A stretch of DNA of 64,000 nucleotides from Raillietiella orientalis (GCA_036172245.1 JAYWIR010000005.1:4650001-4714000), one strand, 5' to 3'; numbered from the stretch's first letter, positions 12,511 to 27,060 are shown. Translations and numbers: made by a program. The notes: generated by a model from the sequence alone, not told the origin.

Positions 12511-13928
12511 GCACTTTGACTCAACAAGAAAGCAATTTTCAATCTTTCGAAGCAGTTTTTCTGCAAGAAATAAATGCCCTACATTTAAAGTTGCAGCCAT
12601 AGCAGCATCCTGGAAAGTGGACCTAATGCAAGAAAACGATTTTCGATGTTTTTTCTCTTTCTTTCATATCATGGAAAAAGATGGCAGCACACTCAACTGT
12701 AACACGTGATTTCAACATGTATTCGATGTGTTTACCATCCACTTGCTGCTTGAAGTGTACAGCATTTTCTCTCTCTCTCTCTGTCAGTGCAGCAATGTAC
12801 CATACCTTGCCTTTTGAAGTCACATGTTTGAGACAAAGGCCAGCATTCTGCCCTGCTCAGTATGACGTGTGCCAAAATGACTGAAACAGAGAAAATCCTT
12901 ACTTGAGATACCACAAGTATGGAAAGCAGTATTTGTGGTGTGGAAAAAAAAAAAAAAAAAAATTAAATATATCTGCACTGTATTACAAAATGATATCCTG
13001 ATGGAAGCCTTCTGTCCAGCTTTCTTTAAAGTTGACTTGCACTTATTACTTTACAGTGCTGATATATCAAAAGTAGTGTGCACAATCTTGTTAATGACAA
13101 TTCTGTATTATGTTAAACACTATTTTGGTGTTGCTTTGCATTGGCGTACTCTGTCATATTTTCAGCAACAGGAACTTACTACATGAGGAGTCACAGTTAG
13201 CAATATATGAGCCCATGATGGATTTTCCAAAGAATGCAAATCAGACAAGAAATCATCCTGACTACATGGATGGCACAAGAGATCACTGCTTGATATCTAG
13301 CAAAAGTGAAACTTCCTTCTATAGCTAGAACATATGCACTTGGTAGAATGACCTGTAAGTAGCAGCCATTGGTACAAAATGCAATCTTGCAGTTAACAAC
13401 AAGCTGCACTTTTTTATGGGCAAATGGCTCTCCTGTAAACACAGTTTTGCTTTTCATCTAAAGCAAATAAAACTGGATCACGATGTTGTGCATCACATTC
13501 ATTAATCCACTGTGAATTTAACATGTCATGAAATTAAATGGTGATCAGGATAAGTTCGGACAATCGTAACTGAAACTGGAAAACTTCAACTGAAACAATT
13601 ATCTGCAAACATAACATGAATCTGCCAATTTCTGCATATGTTGGAAAAATATCACTTAACATAATGGATTAACCATAAATGCACAGAATTTTAACCACAT
13701 ATATGTGAATGATTTCCACATAGATTCCACATAGTGATATGAATCTAAAATTCTCACATACTCATGGCAATTTTTATTTTCTAATATAACAATAGATCTG
13801 GCATCAATTCACATGAAATTAGCAATATTTTAAATATAGATAAACAAATTTCACTAATGTGCTCTGTACACTATTAAGTCCAAAATAAAATAAAATGATT
13901 CCAATTTAATATACATCTGCTACCAATA

Positions 13929-15909
13929 TTATGAAAAAACCCGATTGGGAAATATAGCAGGTGCAACCAAAGACCATGCATAGAGAAGGATGCACAACCA
14001 GGCAGATACCATTTTGGTCCACACTGAAGCCATATTTGATGATAAGCTTGAAAGATCAGCTGCAGGTCTAAAATATCCATGAGAAATCTAACTGATGAAA
14101 CACAAAGCACAAAGTCTACTTACGAGTACCAATTAGTAAGAGTCATCATAACATACAGAGTAGCCAGTCCAAACATGAAATGGAAAAATGACCAGCAATA
14201 GGCGAGTTCTTCTTCTTCATTATCCCATACAAACTGGCCAGAGTTTTCTTTGTCCATTGTTACAGGTGCTGCTACAATTTTTTTTTTTTTTTACACCATA
14301 AATACTGCTTTCCATACCTGTGGTATCTCGAGTGAGGATTTTCTCTGTTCCAACCATTTTGGCATAATTTGAACTGGTTGATGTTTTAATGCTTGAGTAC
14401 AGCACACAACAGAACCATAACACTAGACCAACAATGCTCTGTATATCCAAAACAGGTTTATCTCCACTCGTTGGTGGGGGAGTTGTAGAATTAGTTACAT
14501 GCGAGAAAATGTTGGGTTTACAGTTCTTATCTGGTAAAAAAAACATAGAACAAAAATGACAACATGGTGACAAACCTGGCTGGCTACTCATTGCAGACCA
14601 AGTTAGATACATGGTGTACAAGGTGACCACAGAAGCTTGCAGTAATCCAGATCGGGGTTGATGCTTTTGGATTTTGGGTAGAATTGCAAGAACAGATATG
14701 CCAACACATAGAATCATGTTGAAAGAAATGAAAAGCTTGTTCAACATGCAATCTTCAGGCTGACACATACTATTGTTAGCTTCTTGCTTCCCCTGCTTAC
14801 CGATGTATAATACAAATAAAATAGCACAATTGCAGCAATGGACAATGCATAGTGGAAGAAAGTGAAAATAATCAGCGCAATGTACCATCCTATGGAATTT
14901 GAATCTTCCCATTTCTGAACCCATGTTTCTGCCCAGCTGTGTGCAAAGTCTACCAATAAAATCAACTGCACAACAATAAACACAAATCCTCCACTCATCC
15001 CAAAAATCATCCATGTTTCAGCAAAGGTTCTTTCCGGAATGAAAAATGCACCAATAATTCCTCCAATTAACACCAAATACTTCAGGGCCCAGAACCTATA
15101 TTAACAATCAAATGAAACCTTATAAATACTTCAGAAGTGCCTCTTGGAAATCAAAGTTATTTACCCATTCTGTATTCCTGCACGAGGATCCTTTGAGTTT
15201 TTCACATTAATTGTTATCAATGACATGAGGAAAAAAAACAAAGTCATGGCAAAGCATAATCGATAAACAGCTAAATAGCCCACATACTGGTCACACTGAA
15301 TTAATGATGTTGGAAGATTGCTATCATGACAAAATGGAACTTTCTTCAAGGCTTCTTGCAATCCAGGACTCAACATAATGCATGATACTATGGTACCAAG
15401 TAACAGCATCATAGCATACATTAACCTTGCAGAAGTTGAATTTTTGCAAGAAGGGCATGCAGAGCAGCACAAGCTGCATGCAGCACTTCCACAGCACCAT
15501 GCTAACTGCAAGAAAAATACAGCTTAGTGCACATTAAACTCACAATCAATTATCAAATACATTGATGATACGAATCTTGTTGATTACGAATTCCGGAATA
15601 ATCTGCACCGAAAAAATTACTCAAGAAAACACATGCACTGTTGACCAATAAATTTTTTTTTCAATGCAATTGTTTAATTTTCAAGAAACAAGGGCATTAC
15701 GGCTAATCAAGGATTCAATGAGACTTCCGAGAAGTCATATGAAGAAATGGGTTTATAAAAAGTACGTTTCCAGCCAAACTTCACGAAAGTGAAACCCATG
15801 TGGAACATCACTGATGCTAGAATCGATATACACAGAATAGATCACCCACTCAAAACAAACAGAATTACTATACCTGAGCAACATTGCACAAACCCAAAAC
15901 GGCACCCAT
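13929..15909 (-). CDS. SERINC: Serine incorporator (SERINC/TMS1 family), 7 exons: 15874-15909, 15165-15505, 14801-15095, 14576-14759, 14318-14530, 14124-14271, 13929-14067
   Basis: Family hallmarks are MGAVLGLC...[86 protein letters not shown] and [22 protein letters not shown]. All introns are GT-AG and preserve frame. Confidence 0.96.
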
Positions 15910-17847
15910 TTAAATTACCAATTTTTCAGTCTCAAAAACGTAAATTTGTATTCTGGATGTAGGTGATGCACAATAAACCTTAAACTTTTCCCATCGATGA
16001 TATCTCAAACGATAAATGCACTGCGCATTATTCCGCAGAGAAAATATAAACATACAATCAGGAATGCCAGACTACAAAAATTGAAAGGAATCTCATCACG
16101 TATAACTGTGTACATTTCTGTATACATATATTTCTGAAGGAAAGCTGTTATGTTATTTTTAAAAGAAATCTTTGAAGAAACTTTAAAAATTAAAAAGGTG
16201 TCCTCATTTGGAAATCCAATTTCTCCATAACTCATTCTGAATATATCGTCGATTCTAAGTAGGTTCTATTTGAAAGGACATACTCCAAAGTAATTCTCCC
16301 AAGTATTGAAAACCATAAGCTGCAAAGCAAACAAACCATTCAAGAGAGTGGATAGATACTAATTTTGTAAATCACAAAATCTTCCCTGAATCAAATGCTC
16401 TTTCATGAGGTTTATAAACAAAGATCTTTTTTTGAAAAACCTTTTTAATCGCTTTTTTAAGAAATAAGTTATCTGCATGCAGAAAGATAAACAAAGACAC
16501 CTGATTACAATACTTTATTGCATACTTTCATACATCTTTTTAAAAGCGATGAAATCAATGCTAATTAATAGGGACAAATTGAGGAACATATGGAATGTTA
16601 GAAAAATAAGAAGGAAGAGATGAGAAAAATTGCTTCCACAATTAAAAAGCAAAACAACCACAGAAAAGTCGAGAGAATTAGGAAGAAATTGTTCATTTCT
16701 GATACTTTATTTGTTTTCATCATTTGAAGATGGTAATGAAGATACTTGGAACAATTCATTAAAGAAACTACTATAAAAATGTGTTTCTTCATCTCAATAA
16801 CTATTACACAAATAAATTTTTATGAAGCAGTTTTAAAGAAACACACAGCTTAAAATATGTCTCGAACTCAAAGTATTTCCAAGAAAAAAATTAGCAGTTA
16901 TGGACACCCTCGAAACGAAAACAAACTTAGTTTTTCTTTTAAAACTGTAGTCATAAGCCAATGTTGAAAATATAAGCTTTTTGCTTTCTGTTTACCGCTA
17001 TTATAATTGATAAATCACTTCTCTTTATTTTTTCTACAAACAGTGAATCTCAATGATAAAAACAATCAAGTGCAAAATGCAGTGGACATACTTGGTACGG
17101 AGAGTGTTTAACTCTGAATATGACAACTCAATGAATTTCCACCTATCATAATTAATTTGATGAATTTCATACAGAATGATTCCTTCTAAAAGACTGGAAG
17201 CTTCGTTCATTGGCGTGTTCGCTGAATGTTAGCAGAAAAACGATTGGAGAAACTAGAAACCAAGAAACTAGTATTTTGAGTGCCTCGGATTTTTAGCCCA
17301 ATCAACAAAAGTTCATCGGGCTAAAATTTGTTCATTGGATTCATTGGGTTAATTTACGAGAAACCTGATAGGATAGAAAGCCAATTTGGCTGATGTCCAC
17401 CCCAAATTCAGAAATTCAGAAATCTAATAAAATCTTTGCTGACCATAGTAACAATAAAAAAAATCACTGGTTTAAGGCGCTAAACGGTTTACATGCAGCA
17501 CCAAATCCGACCAAGCAGCACCTGTAAGAAACAAAACTCACTTCGTGAATCAACTCACATTCTTTCGAAAAATTTAAATAAAGGTCATAAATGAAATGAA
17601 ACAGAAATTGAAGATTTCAATGGGTGATTTAGAAAATATCTGCGTTTCATAGTTCTTTCGTATTTTCTAAACTTTCTGAAGATTTCCCCAAATCACAAAA
17701 TGGTCTTCAATACACTGAATCCTTAAAAGATGAAAATCGAGACTCCAAAGTAGGTTAATTACAGGGAAAGTCAAGAGAAACTTAATGAAAAATGAATGGT
17801 CAATAAAAAATTACTTTGGAATACAGTGCACGTAAACAATTGCAAAG

Positions 17848-17888
17848 TAATTTAGAATTACCGAAAAGTTTTCGGTAATTCTAAATTA
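17848..17888. repeat. Perfect 41 bp palindrome (20 bp arms, 1 nt spacer)
   Basis: taatttagaattaccgaaaa-g-ttttcggtaattctaaatta. Confidence 0.95.
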
Positions 17889-20858
17889 AAATATAAATCA
17901 GATATTGAATTAGAATCTTAACTATATTACAGTTAAATATATTCAGTGCCTTTAATCTCAGTTGAATGCAAACATTTCTTCATTATAGCTGGAATTCATC
18001 ATTCTTTCCAATTGCATTATCTACAAGTAGTTACGGTCCCTACATTCTATGGAACAAGTCTCGATCGGAGCTAAAAATCTCATTTAGAGCCATAAAAAGG
18101 TCTTCGCTATACAGTATGTTAGTATATAAGTTGGTATAGGAACCTAATACTAATTTAGCTATAATTACATTTCATCGTTCTTTTGATTAATTTAAACAGT
18201 AGCTCCAGTTAACATTATTTTCCTCGTAGATGGATTATCGCTGTATTTTTGATATTTGTTGCTTTCAGGAATTTATGGTATGCATGCATATCATATGTAA
18301 ATCTTGTAATCTTTACATACTTTTCTATTTTCTTCAGAATCCGTGGGTATAATTTTTTTCTGGTTTTTGTCTTTTCAATAATTTTGCATTTCGATTGAAC
18401 AAGTGCACAACTAAATAAGCTATGCACATATAGGGAACCCTCATAGTAAAAAATAGTTTATTTAAGCTTGTATAGCAACTTGGTGATTAATCTAAAAAGT
18501 AGAACTGAAAGAAAATAAAAGACAACTTTTATTATTTTGGGGAGAATGCTGTTTTTGTAATATACTGAGAGCGGTTATCTGGTACAGGGAGTAAAGAAGA
18601 AGTCTCATATATAAAATTTAATTTTACAAATGTAACTTCCATATTATTTTTGTCTCCATCTTTCTTTCGTACCTACTCCTCATGCAGTCTTCAAGTTATT
18701 TTGGTTTTTCCCAAAACAGAGTTTCAAATAAAATCTAAATGTCTGATCAGCTATAAGTCAGATCTACATATTTTTAAGAATTTTGTTTCGGTTGCGCGCA
18801 GTCATATACTGTGACAACATGGGACTTTTACTTTGTAATAACTGATGATCATGTTTCAAGCTGGAACTAAATTAATGACTATCATACACGTGCTTGTTAG
18901 ATTCAGAGAACTCTCAGGAAAGTCAATATGTTCTGCGTGTTGGTACATGCCTTTTGAGAAATAGGACATTTTTTTTAGAATTTAGCAAAGGTTGGGATAT
19001 TAAATCAAATGTCAAGGCACTATCTGATCATGAATTCAAGAGAAACAAAAGGTAGTGCAAAACTTCATGCAGGATCATGTAAAAAGGAGTTTCAAAAATT
19101 CCTAATCAGAGTGCTTCATTTTAATATAATGTTACGAAGTTTTTGCTTGAAATAAAACATAAGAGTTCGAACCTTATTTTTGTGACTTTCTGTTGATGTT
19201 GTTGAGTGCGCTGCTGTAACTTTGGTAGGCTTTTTAATGCTGGCTCAAAACATTGCAGGTTTGCCAGAGTTAATCTAAAAGACCCCTGAAAATGTAAGCG
19301 AAGGGCACTTGGATGCTGAGTGATGTGGGAAGATTTGATGCATGCTTAGTCGGTATTGCAATTCTGTTGTAGATCCTTTTTTTAACCATAAATTGGTACG
19401 GTTCCCACCGCATTTTGCAATAAAACGGGTTACCTTTTCTTCCGATTCAGCATCTTCCTGTTATTACCACCTACTTTCATTTCTCTTTACAAAGGCAGTG
19501 CCTCTTGGTGTCTAAAACGTGGATATACATTGTTTGGTCTTGAAGCAGTGTACAGAAATTTTTGCGAACTGAACACTGGCACTGGGTTTTTTAGATTCAG
19601 TTTGGATTGTTCAGATTAGTTCTCGATGAAAGTGTGGCTTTTTTGAGTGATGAATTAATGGGACAATGGATTACGGTTCCCCTTAATTTTGTCATAGGGC
19701 TAAGTTCCACTACTCATTACAGGCCCACCTCTTTGTAGGAGTGGCTCCAAGAGTTTCTTTCGAAAACCTCTATTATTTGTAGCATTTGCAAATCCAACTT
19801 GAGACTACGAACATGGAGCAAAAAGCTGATGTTTGACATGGCTGTTGCACCGTCAGTAGCTTGAGGGAAAGACTGCATTTCCACGCAAAGTCCTTCGGTG
19901 ATATTTGAATTTCATCAGAAATCGTCTCTTGCAACCTTCTGGTGCTGTCCTTAGCTGGCATACTTGCTTGAAAGTTCTTTTCCCAAACGGAAATTTTGTT
20001 GAAGTACTCACGCACCATTATAAGGCGACATCAATTCGGTCTTTTGGTGATGGTGCACTGTGATGAAATCAGGATGTCTATTTTTTTCCATGCTGCTTGG
20101 TGGGCTGCCAGACACGAGTTGAACGGATACCAATTCCGTACAAATGTGTGATCAACTTAATCGTTTGCAGCTCAATTTCCAAATTGCAACCAAACGCTGA
20201 CATTCCTTGAAAACTCTGGGTTTGCACCAACAACATTAGAAAGGAAAAAGCATTCAGAACCCGTGAGCCAAAATTCACTTTCGTTCGAAACACATGAAAT
20301 ATTACAGGAGAGCTTAAGGTCTCCTCATAAGTGCAGGCAATGCAAAGGTTAGAAAATAGTTGCATTCGCTGCAGTCTTTGAATCAAGAACACACCAATAA
20401 AAACCACAGCTCTATGCTAGGTTTTCTAAAACTTAAAAAAAAAAAAGAAAAAAGGACGTGCATTCCCTTTTAACAGGAATCCTCAAGTTGCACATCGCAT
20501 TTTCTGGTACTTTCGGTATGCTGACAAAAAGTATGACACTAGCTTGGGTGCATGCAAGCAATTTTTTTGCATGTGTCCATCGCAACATTAAATTCATTTT
20601 GCAATTAAGGGTGGGGCGATGCGAGCTCTAGCAATTGTGCTTTTACTATATAAGATCAATGAATTTTTGTTGCTTTGAGAAAATAAATAAGCATTCACAA
20701 ATGTGATGGGTGACTCAAGTGAAAGGATTTTATTGTTAGTTAAAAGTTGCAAATTAGGAAGGTAGAAATACAACTGTAGTGAAATCTGACAATAGACCAT
20801 CACAAGATTAATACAAGTCAAATACGGGGATCTTGTTTACAGAATATCCAAACTTTCA

Positions 20859-22808
20859 TCACATTATGACACATCGGTCAGGACCATTAGCATCATCCTG
20901 CAAATAAATTCAAAAATGACACAAGCAAGATACAATACATTTACCTCATGATCTTCACCTCCAGCAAATCGCCTACGGCCATAGAAGTGAGTTTCACTTC
21001 TGACTTTCTTTGTTTCTCTTCTTGCTACTTCCTGGGGGAAAAAAAGGAAACAAAGAATAGAATAGAAATCAAAAGAAGAAAAAAGATTCACTTCCAATAA
21101 CTACATTTCCAACATGATATTTACCTCTCCATCAGCATTCATCAGAACTGTGAGCATCAAATCTCCTATAGGCCATTTCTGATTTTTCATGAGTAAATTC
21201 TCTGGAGGACTGTGAGTTTGACCAGAATCTGAACTCCATACAGTCACACTTGCACCGGGATGCAATATGGTCTTCACATGGAATTTGTGAGCCACTTCAT
21301 TGTCACTGACTTTGCGCACTAGCTGCCAGTTGCCTATATTGACATCATTGTCACTAGTATTTGTCAGTTTGATGAAACGATTCTCTTTATCCTCTTCAGA
21401 CAATTTCACAGGACCTTTTGCAGTAGCAACAGACTGCAACTCAGAATGCTCACTACTCTCCACTAATGGGCGCCTCCTCTTTCCACGAAGAGGAGTACGA
21501 CGTGGAGTAATCAGCTCTGTTTCGGAAGACAAATTCAGGCGGTACTCTTCTCCTTCCAAAAGTTTGCGATACATAGCAATTTCCGCATCTAAGGAAGTCT
21601 TTATGTCTAGCAAATCCTGGAAGTCCTTTAGGGCTTGATTGATCTCATCACGGAGCTGCTGCAATTCAAGATTCTTGTGTGCTATTACTTCAGAGTGAGA
21701 TGTTCTTTCATGTTCAAGCATTTCCTCTAACTCCTTGAGACGTTCCTATGGCAAAGTCTCAAGCTGATATCAGTGATTTTCTGCTACTTACCAGAAGGTT
21801 TGCATTTTTGCCTTGAAGGTCAGCTACTTTAGACTGGAGCTCGCTGATTTTTGTGTGACATTGGTGCATTTCCTCTACAATACTTGCAGAGCCATCCATC
21901 TGTTTCTTCAGCTGGCCATTAAGGTATGAAATCTGCAAAAAATGCACAAAGAATGCAAATCCACTGGCATTGTAACAAACCTTTCTCTGGTATAAGTCTT
22001 CAATTTGCTCTCTGCTTTCAGACATTTGTGAATCATATGCATCTCGCAGTTCTTTAACAGCATCTTGTAAGCGATTTTCATATTCTCTCTGTAAGCGACC
22101 ATCAATCTCACTAACTTCCACTTGCTTCTCAGTATGCACTTCTTTCAACTGTTGTTCAAAAACCTGTTCTTTTAGTTCCAGCTCTTCCTTCAAACTCAAT
22201 AAGCTATTTTCCAGTTCAATCCTGTTAAGCACTTCTGCTTGCTGCTGCTTTTGAGATTCTTCAAGCTGCTTTTTCAGTCGATCATTTTCTTTCTTTGCAT
22301 CGTTCAGTTCATCGATTGCTTTATTTTTCTCATTGATTGCTTGGCCCAAGCGATTTTGCACATCTACCAGTAGTTGTTCTAAATCAGTCAAGCGCCCTTC
22401 ATAAGAATTGGCAGTTTTTTCAACTCTTGCCAGTTTGATACGTAATTCATCCCTCTCAGATTTGAGATTACCACAGTCAATCATCAATTCAGCCTTCTCT
22501 TTGGCTGTACTGTCTAGCAATCTGCGGGTCTCACTCAACTGAGCATCATACAAGGTTTTAACATTCTTGACTTCACGAGAGGAAGTTTCATGAACAGTTT
22601 TAATCTGTGTGAGAAGGCGGCCATTCTCATTTTCCAAAGTTCTCACACGATCAATATATGCAGCCAAACGGTCATTCAAATTTCTCAGTTCAAGCTGTTC
22701 TTGAAGGCGTGTAATCCTAGTTGGGCTCAATGGACTTTTGGCTCTCTCTTTCTGACTTGATATTCCATGAGAAAGAGGTGTTTGCTTTTTAGGTGATCGT
22801 GTGGCCAT
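20859..22808 (-). CDS. Lam: Nuclear lamin, B-type with CaaX; 5 exons: 21981-22808, 21792-21932, 21125-21745, 20945-21031, 20859-20897
   Basis: It has the head CDK1 site SPLSPTRITRLQE, coil 1A LNDRLAAYIDRVRTLE, coil 2 end LDAEIAMYRKLLEGEE, an NLS-like GKRRRP and an Ig-fold tail (FIKLTN...IGNWQL...VTVWS). The last exon encodes DDANGPDRCVIM* (CaaX). Confidence 0.97.
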
Positions 22809-25800
22809 TTTACAACAAAATGAACTTTACTTCAATCTTTTTATATGGCAGGAGAACTTTTATGAAATCTTGATCACTATCAAGAAAAAAAAAATAAACA
22901 AACACAGCAACAATTTCGAATTCTTCAAAGAATTTAATTTGGGGAGTTTAAAAGGACATTATGATTAGCAAGGTAATCGATGTAACGCTTGGGGTGTGTG
23001 GACAGGCGGTCGCAATTCGGTTAGTAAAACAAAATTGATTTCACAATTCGTACGACGGGCCGCTTGCGACTAGCGGCTGTTCCCTTCCACACGTTTTAAA
23101 TTGAATTTTATTTACGAGTTATCTCGATAACTGACTAAGCCGTTTTACACGAGGACCTTACTGTGACCAGCGAACGATTCCCCGGTGCTCAATGGAATTC
23201 GGCAAATGAAAGAGTTGTTCCGTTGCCCTCTCGAAGACAAGGAAACGGTCGTTCCTCCATCGACAGTAACAAATGGCCAACCTGCGTTTTTACTGGTGCA
23301 CTCTTTTCCCGTCCCTGCACAGAGTGACCCCCAAAAAGATTCGAAACACTGAACACGGAGAGCTGATGCGTGTCTACGTTGTGCTAAAGCAACACGGTCG
23401 CTCCACAGGAGCAACAACACGAACACCGATAACAATAAGGCAGCTCTTCGCAACATTCAGGCCGGTGCGGCAAACACGCAAACACGTACACTTCCATCAA
23501 TCCACTTTACTTACATCAGTAAACACACGGCATAGCCGAGCCGCTCACCCACCCAAAATTTACCGGCGTACGACGGAAGCGTTCCCGCTGCAGGACCTGC
23601 GCTTCGTCATTTACAACGAGGATTTACTGCATGCACGGAGGATCAGGGAAAAAACCTTGATTGGGATTTTCAGGTGCCTCCCGTCCCCACCGAGAAATAA
23701 ACGAGTTATAAATTACATAATGATAAGAAGGTTACCGGGAGGGGAGGGAAAAAAAAATTGGTATGAATCGATATTCTTGTGTGGAAAATTTGCACTGGAA
23801 GCACTGCACGCGCCAAGAAGCATGACGTGCGTGTATTGCACTGGCCTTACACTTCTTGTTTTTTTTTTTTTTTTTTTTTTCTCTCTGATGCCTTGCCATT
23901 TCATTCGATCGAGTACCTTCGTGTCCTTTTCCTTCGTATACCCAGCATTCTTGTATGTACATGCCAAGCGAACGCTGCGTTCATGCAGTGCAGGTGAAGC
24001 GGCTGCGCAGATTTCGTTTTGCGAGGGCACTTTTGCTTCGACGGTGATTTTGTGGGGTCGTGGGAATTCTTCGTAGGTTCGTAGGTTTTAAGTCTTCATG
24101 GGTTTTAACATACGTGTTTCTTACATCAACAGTGAACAGTGCACCAAAATAACTGACATCTGGATTAGCAAAATAATGTCGCCATTTCGGAAAGGCTTGC
24201 TGTCCGGTGAACTGTGAGAAAAACCGATAAATAGATTACATTAGGAGCTTAATGAAAGTATTTCGCGAGATCTTCAAGGTGAAATCTTAATCCCAGTGGA
24301 TATGCACTTTTTTCCTCAAGAAGAGCGACAACAAAACACAGAAACACCAAATCATGCAGAGAAGAGCTTAGCAACCCACCACATACAGCTGGAGTTATTT
24401 TACTTTACCACACTTCTAGATCATGATGCTTCAAGATATGAACCTGTCCTGTGTTTCAAGCACAGTGACTCACCTATTCTTGAACAATTCTATCACCACT
24501 ATCTGGAAGATTGCAAAGGGCTCAAGAAACCCTTTTCTGAAGAACTGAAGAGTGGAAGGAATAGAAAAGATAATTTGGAAAACTTCCTTTGTGATTTCCT
24601 TGAAGTGAGTATGGAGTTTACAGATATTATTGGATCTTGAAGGCATCAGCAGACCAGGCATCAATTGGGCAACGACAAAGGATATGAGCACCCATGAGCT
24701 AGAGGGAATAGTGGCAGATGGCAGTGTCTTGTAATAGCACAGCAAAAGGTCACGTGCTTGGATCAAGGATCGTCACGGCTGGAATTCTGTGCGCACAAAT
24801 CAGAATCACTTAGCAAGCGAAATAGCTTGTGCTTCCCTTGACTTCTTCCCGTTTTGTATGGACATGGCAGTACGTGTGAAGAGAAAAGAATAAAGTGCGA
24901 GTGAGAATGTGCGGGCATGAGGCGGTAGGTCGACTCGACACAACATGGGTGTCGCGAGGCTCCAGAGAAGCTCAGATCACAGCCTTCCTTCCTGTGGAAT
25001 GAGAAGCCTCCTTTTTCTGACAGTTATGGCCAACCCGTTTGCACGTCAGAGATGGCGGGGTTTTTCCATCCCATTTTGGGAACCGGAAGCTTCCTTATAG
25101 AATGCCCGCTGTCATGGACTCCGATTGGCGAATCCCCCAAAAGATGGTCATATGAGGAAGGCGGGAAAAAGGAGAGAAAGATGATGCAACCTGATGATCT
25201 TCCTCATTCCTCAGCGATCGTTAGTGAGCGAGAGCCAAGCACAGGGCTGATTTCCCCCCGCTCTCCTGGGAGGGGAAGCCTTGAGTGGACCTGCTGCATT
25301 TGGGGAAAGGAGGGAGGGGCATACATGTGCACCTCAGTGGATGCTCAGAACAAGATGACTCAGCAACACGGCACGCTTTCCTGGAGCGCGGTGTAGACTT
25401 TCCTGTAGGTTTCCTGAGCTCACTTGACTATCCGACTGGAGCGCGCTCGCTACCTTTCCGCACGTCTGAGACAAGGGAAGATCCTGCGGTTTCCGCCTCG
25501 TGAGGGACAACCTGAGGCTGGACTCGCAGAGCTGCCTCGCAAGGCTAAGGCACGCTTCTGAGCCGCCGCAGACGGACGCAAAAACAAGGAAGAGAAGAAG
25601 CGCAAATTTTTGCGAGGTTCCTCACATCTTTTAGCTTGTGCACCTCTAGAGCGCTCTGCTTTTCCTGAGAGGCGAGGGAAGGGATTTCGCCTCCCGTGGG
25701 AGCGCCTGTTCCCAGACCTGGAGCTGGAGGGGATCAACGTTGAAGTCGGCAGAGTCAGGATTCCATCTTGCGATGACTCCCGCTGTTCCTGCAGCGCGGG

Positions 25801-26970
25801 AACCGCGGAGCGCTCCAGCGGAGCGCTAACCTCCAGGAGCGCTCTTGTCATGGCTTACCGGGACGACACAAGTTTTCTGCGGGAGAGGGATTGTTCCTTC
25901 CGACCTCCCGCGTTCTGAAGGCCGAAACTTCTTACATCTGCAGATGTGAGTACAGGCTCGTGTCTGCAGCTGCATTTCAGGAAAGGCGGGATGCTCTGAA
26001 TGACGTCAAGGCAACCAGGATGTTTTCAAGGGGGATGAGAAGAGGCGATCCGAAAGTGGAGGAAGGGGAGCGTCGCTAGCTGATAACCTGTAAGGGATGA
26101 GCAGCCTACTTATCTCCACTGCATCCAGCCTTGCGAGCGAGCGCTCCGAGGATGGTGGGCACGCTGCTCGTCGGGAGTTTCATCAGGAAACATAAATGCA
26201 CCTGTAACTCCTGCGCGTGTGCCATACCCCTGGATGCTTCTTCAGCATTATGCCCTGATCTTGACGGTGAATCAGTTGAAACAGCCTCCTTTTCCTTGTT
26301 GCTTTTCTCCCCTTGCATTTTGCTCGCACTTCTTACCCATTCTCTCTCTACATCGGCCTTCGCCTCAGCATCAGCGCGTCTCCCAAAACTCTCAGCTGGG
26401 CGTGACATCGGAAAGCCAGGGAAAGGTGCTTGAACTGCACGAAACAGCCACGGGAGACCATTCCGTTGCCAAGGCAGCGGCCGGCTGCTGACTTCCTCCT
26501 CTGTATTCATTTGAGCAGCGCATACGCACGCAGCTGCCACGTGCGTTGACCTTTGGGTCCCGCGGACGCGCGCGGCAACACTACCAGCAATCGGCTCCCG
26601 GAGCAGGACGACGACAGGCGTGAGGGCGGCGAAAAGATCCTGAGGAGCGTGTGGTTTCCCTCTCCCTTTCAGTTCCTCGACCCTGCGCTCAGCTGAGGCT
26701 TCTCTTTCGCAAGTGTCCTTGCGCGGGAAGCATCCTCAAATGCGACCGGTCACTTTCCGCTCCTGGTCTTTTCCTAGAGACTGCTGCACATTCTGGGAAG
26801 AGGCAGAAAGGTGGTGAGGAGCTCAAGAGAAAAAAAAGTTCGCCTCCAGCTTTCCGGTCACGTGAACGAGAGGAAGCTGACCCGTCTTCTGGCCCGGACG
26901 CTCGCCATGTCAAGCCGCAAGGGGTGGTACTCCCAGGTCACAGAAGAGGACGCACGGAAGGGCGCGTTTC

Positions 26971-27060
26971 CTCCTCCTCTCCGTTCATTGCTGCTTTACC
27001 TGCGTCCGTCCTCCTCCTCTCCGTTCATTGCTGCTTTACCTGCGTCCGTCCTCCTCCTCT
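26971..27060 (+). repeat. Exact 40 bp tandem duplication (2.25 units)
   Basis: ctcctcctctccgttcattgctgctttacctgcgtccgtc occurs twice, followed by a partial third unit. Confidence 0.95.

Noticed and set aside
13110..13328. 72 aa ORF with a signal-peptide-like start
   Set aside because: It is short, has no recognisable family and lies antisense in the probable SERINC 3' region. Hydrophobic starts are common in T-rich DNA.
16200..17600. Hydrophobic minus-strand ORF pieces and splice-like sites suggesting a chemoreceptor-type gene
   Set aside because: I could not assemble a consistent exon chain or find a diagnostic motif.
19700..20400. Possible pogo/Tc1 DDE transposase remnant (VQQPCQTSAF)
   Set aside because: Only one weak motif and no TIRs seen.
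24296..24640. 114 aa ORF with protein-like composition
   Set aside because: No recognisable motif or exon partners; it may be a TE fragment.
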